Below, one piece after another: positions 62,132 through 64,000 of a stretch of 64,000 bases of DNA. Under the pieces are notes generated by a model. It was not told the DNA's origin. It searched no databases and saw nothing but the letters and a program-made list of their open reading frames with translations. Source of the DNA: Vicugna vicugna (lineage: Eukaryota). The position numbers were made by a program, and so were the translations under genes. Position 1 is the first letter of the stretch. Every line of letters begins with the position of its first letter. The DNA lies in the NCBI GenBank assembly GCA_013265495.1, contig MU058636.1:9750176-9814175 (forward strand), in the 5' to 3' direction.

Positions 62132-64000
62132 TACTCTCTGACCTACTGCTCTCTGTAGACTTGTGTTTAGCACTGAATGTCTTGCTGATAATCAGGGAAA
62201 GGCAGCTGCATGAAAACTAGAGATCATTCTAGGATCTGGCCACGATTTCTGAGTTAGTCTGACCATGAGCCAAGCACTTTATGTGTATGTCTTACCTAGA
62301 GCTACAGGATGTATTCAGAGAGATCCTGGGACTTCCTGCTAGTTGTCACATCCATAAGAAGACAAAGCAGCTTTTATGATCATTTTCATTAGACATGGTG
62401 TAGTTTACCAAGAGCTTTTTATCAAATTCTCTAGGTAGGAACCATTACATGTGATTTTAATTTTGATGATATGGTCTGCTGAGTTGGAAATGGACTTAGC
62501 CTTGCTTGAAGGAGAAGTTTCACTGAATTATTCAAAATGTGAGCTTGCTCCTGACCCCTTCTTTTGCCTTGGCAAGGTCAAGGTAACGGATTCCTATTAC
62601 GTGTGTCCAGTAGAGGTTCTCATGGAGGCTGCGGCAAGTCTGTGCAGGGTTCCTTAGCATCAACGGCCGTTATTGATTCCTGCATCAGCCCTGCATAAAA
62701 TACCCGCTTCGCAAAGTGTGATGGAATAACCTACCTAGGTTCTTCTCGCCCTACAATTTGGATTTTTAAAACTATCATTGCAGGAGCCTGTGGGTACAAG
62801 CCCTTCAGGTATGTGGTTCATTTGGATCTATTTCAAGCTTTCAATGATCCTTCTATTTTGTGTCTGTAGGGTATATTTTTATTCCTAATTAATTAAGTGT
62901 TACCTCATCCCAATACGGGGCAAGGCTTCACTGCCGCTATCTAAGGGCCTTGGGAGTCATCTGTTTTGTCTCTTTTGGTAGCACACATACAGTCTTTGTT
63001 TCTTTCTTCAAATTGGGAAATCATGTGGTATCAGTCCATTACACTAGAATTGTTTCAGGGGTCTGGTTTATGAATGTATAATAAGGCCAGGCTATAGGCC
63101 CCCGGGCAAATACGACCTCTTTGCAGAATGAGGACATCTGTCACGTCAGAAGTGGAGACCCAGGGATGTTGAAAAGGTTTCCTGGTCACCTGAGTAATCT
63201 TACAAAACAACACTTTAATGATTTAAGTGTAAATAGATTGGACACATATGGATTCAATTTCCCTTCAATACACATGACTTGCTAAAATCCAGGGGAAAGA
63301 GCTTAGGGCAAAATGTGTTTTTGGTTTCTAAAAACCCAAACATTGGGAAATAACAGCTGGGACATTTGTCTAGTCCCAAATACCACGGGTCAGCTTATTC
63401 GTCAATTTACAACTTGTTCCAGGGAAGCAGAACGTGTCTCATCTATTCTTGTCTTAAGTGATAAAGTGCTCTTAAAATAAGGAGGCCTCTTCCAAAAAAA
63501 GTCTTTGAAGAAAAACTTATCAAACTGCCCAAATGTAGGGTATCACCTGTTCTGTCCAGTGCAACTCTGCTGTCTCTCCTCTGACTTTTGGTTCCATCTT
63601 TAGGGCTTTCCATTTGCTTGCTTTGTATTTTTGGTGAGTATTTGCAGCTCCTTGGGAGAAACTCTTTCCTTCACAGCAGTAATGAACGGTTTCCAAATAT
63701 ATATAGCTTTACAAAGACTCAACAAGCTCGAAAATAAAAAGCACTTTGAGGCACAATATAAAATTGTTGGAACTCCTCGAAGTCCACTGGGCCTGTAAGC
63801 TCAGCCCATTTTCCTACAGCACCTCCCGAGTTCTTGTTCAAAGAGGGTAAGTTCACCGCATCTCTTTGTCAAGGTGATGTGTAAGAAGGGACAGTGATGG
63901 TGTAGCCAGTGACGACAGCAGGTGTTTAAGACTTGGCTGCTACACAGACAGGGGATCCCATTACCTCCAGCACAGTGTGTACGTGTGTGTGACTGTCTGT

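Noticed and set aside
1..64000. CRISPR array, prokaryotic operon, endogenous viral gene or processed pseudogene
   Set aside because: No regularly spaced repeat-spacer array, no long ORFs and no recognisable viral or cellular protein remnants other than L1 ORF2. A highly decayed pseudogene cannot be excluded without BLASTX.

Overview
Mammalian, mostly non-coding genomic DNA. It is probably camelid (alpaca/camel), because three copies of a tRNA-Ala(AGC)-derived Vic-1-type SINE and cetartiodactyl-type L1 3' ends are present. The first ~240 bp are the edge of a CpG island with a GC box and a strong-Kozak ATG on the minus strand, so a gene probably starts here and runs off the left edge; I could not identify it. 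The remaining ~63.7 kb looks like intergenic or gene-desert DNA: old and young retroelements (L1, L2, MIR, MaLR/ERVL LTRs), hAT DNA-transposon relics, microsatellites and several repeat-free blocks that may be conserved enhancers. No intact protein-coding gene is supported; the supplied ORFs are low-complexity, random or decayed L1 ORF2. I did not find a convincing new biological system. The best observations are retrotransposition footprints (two twin-priming 5' inversions, a TSD-flanked candidate 3' transduction, nested insertions), an L1 that keeps its 5' end but lacks ORF1 and its 3' half, and an unexplained ancient ~60 bp direct repeat. Repeat family names come from recalled consensus sequences, boundaries are approximate, and all need RepeatMasker/Dfam confirmation.
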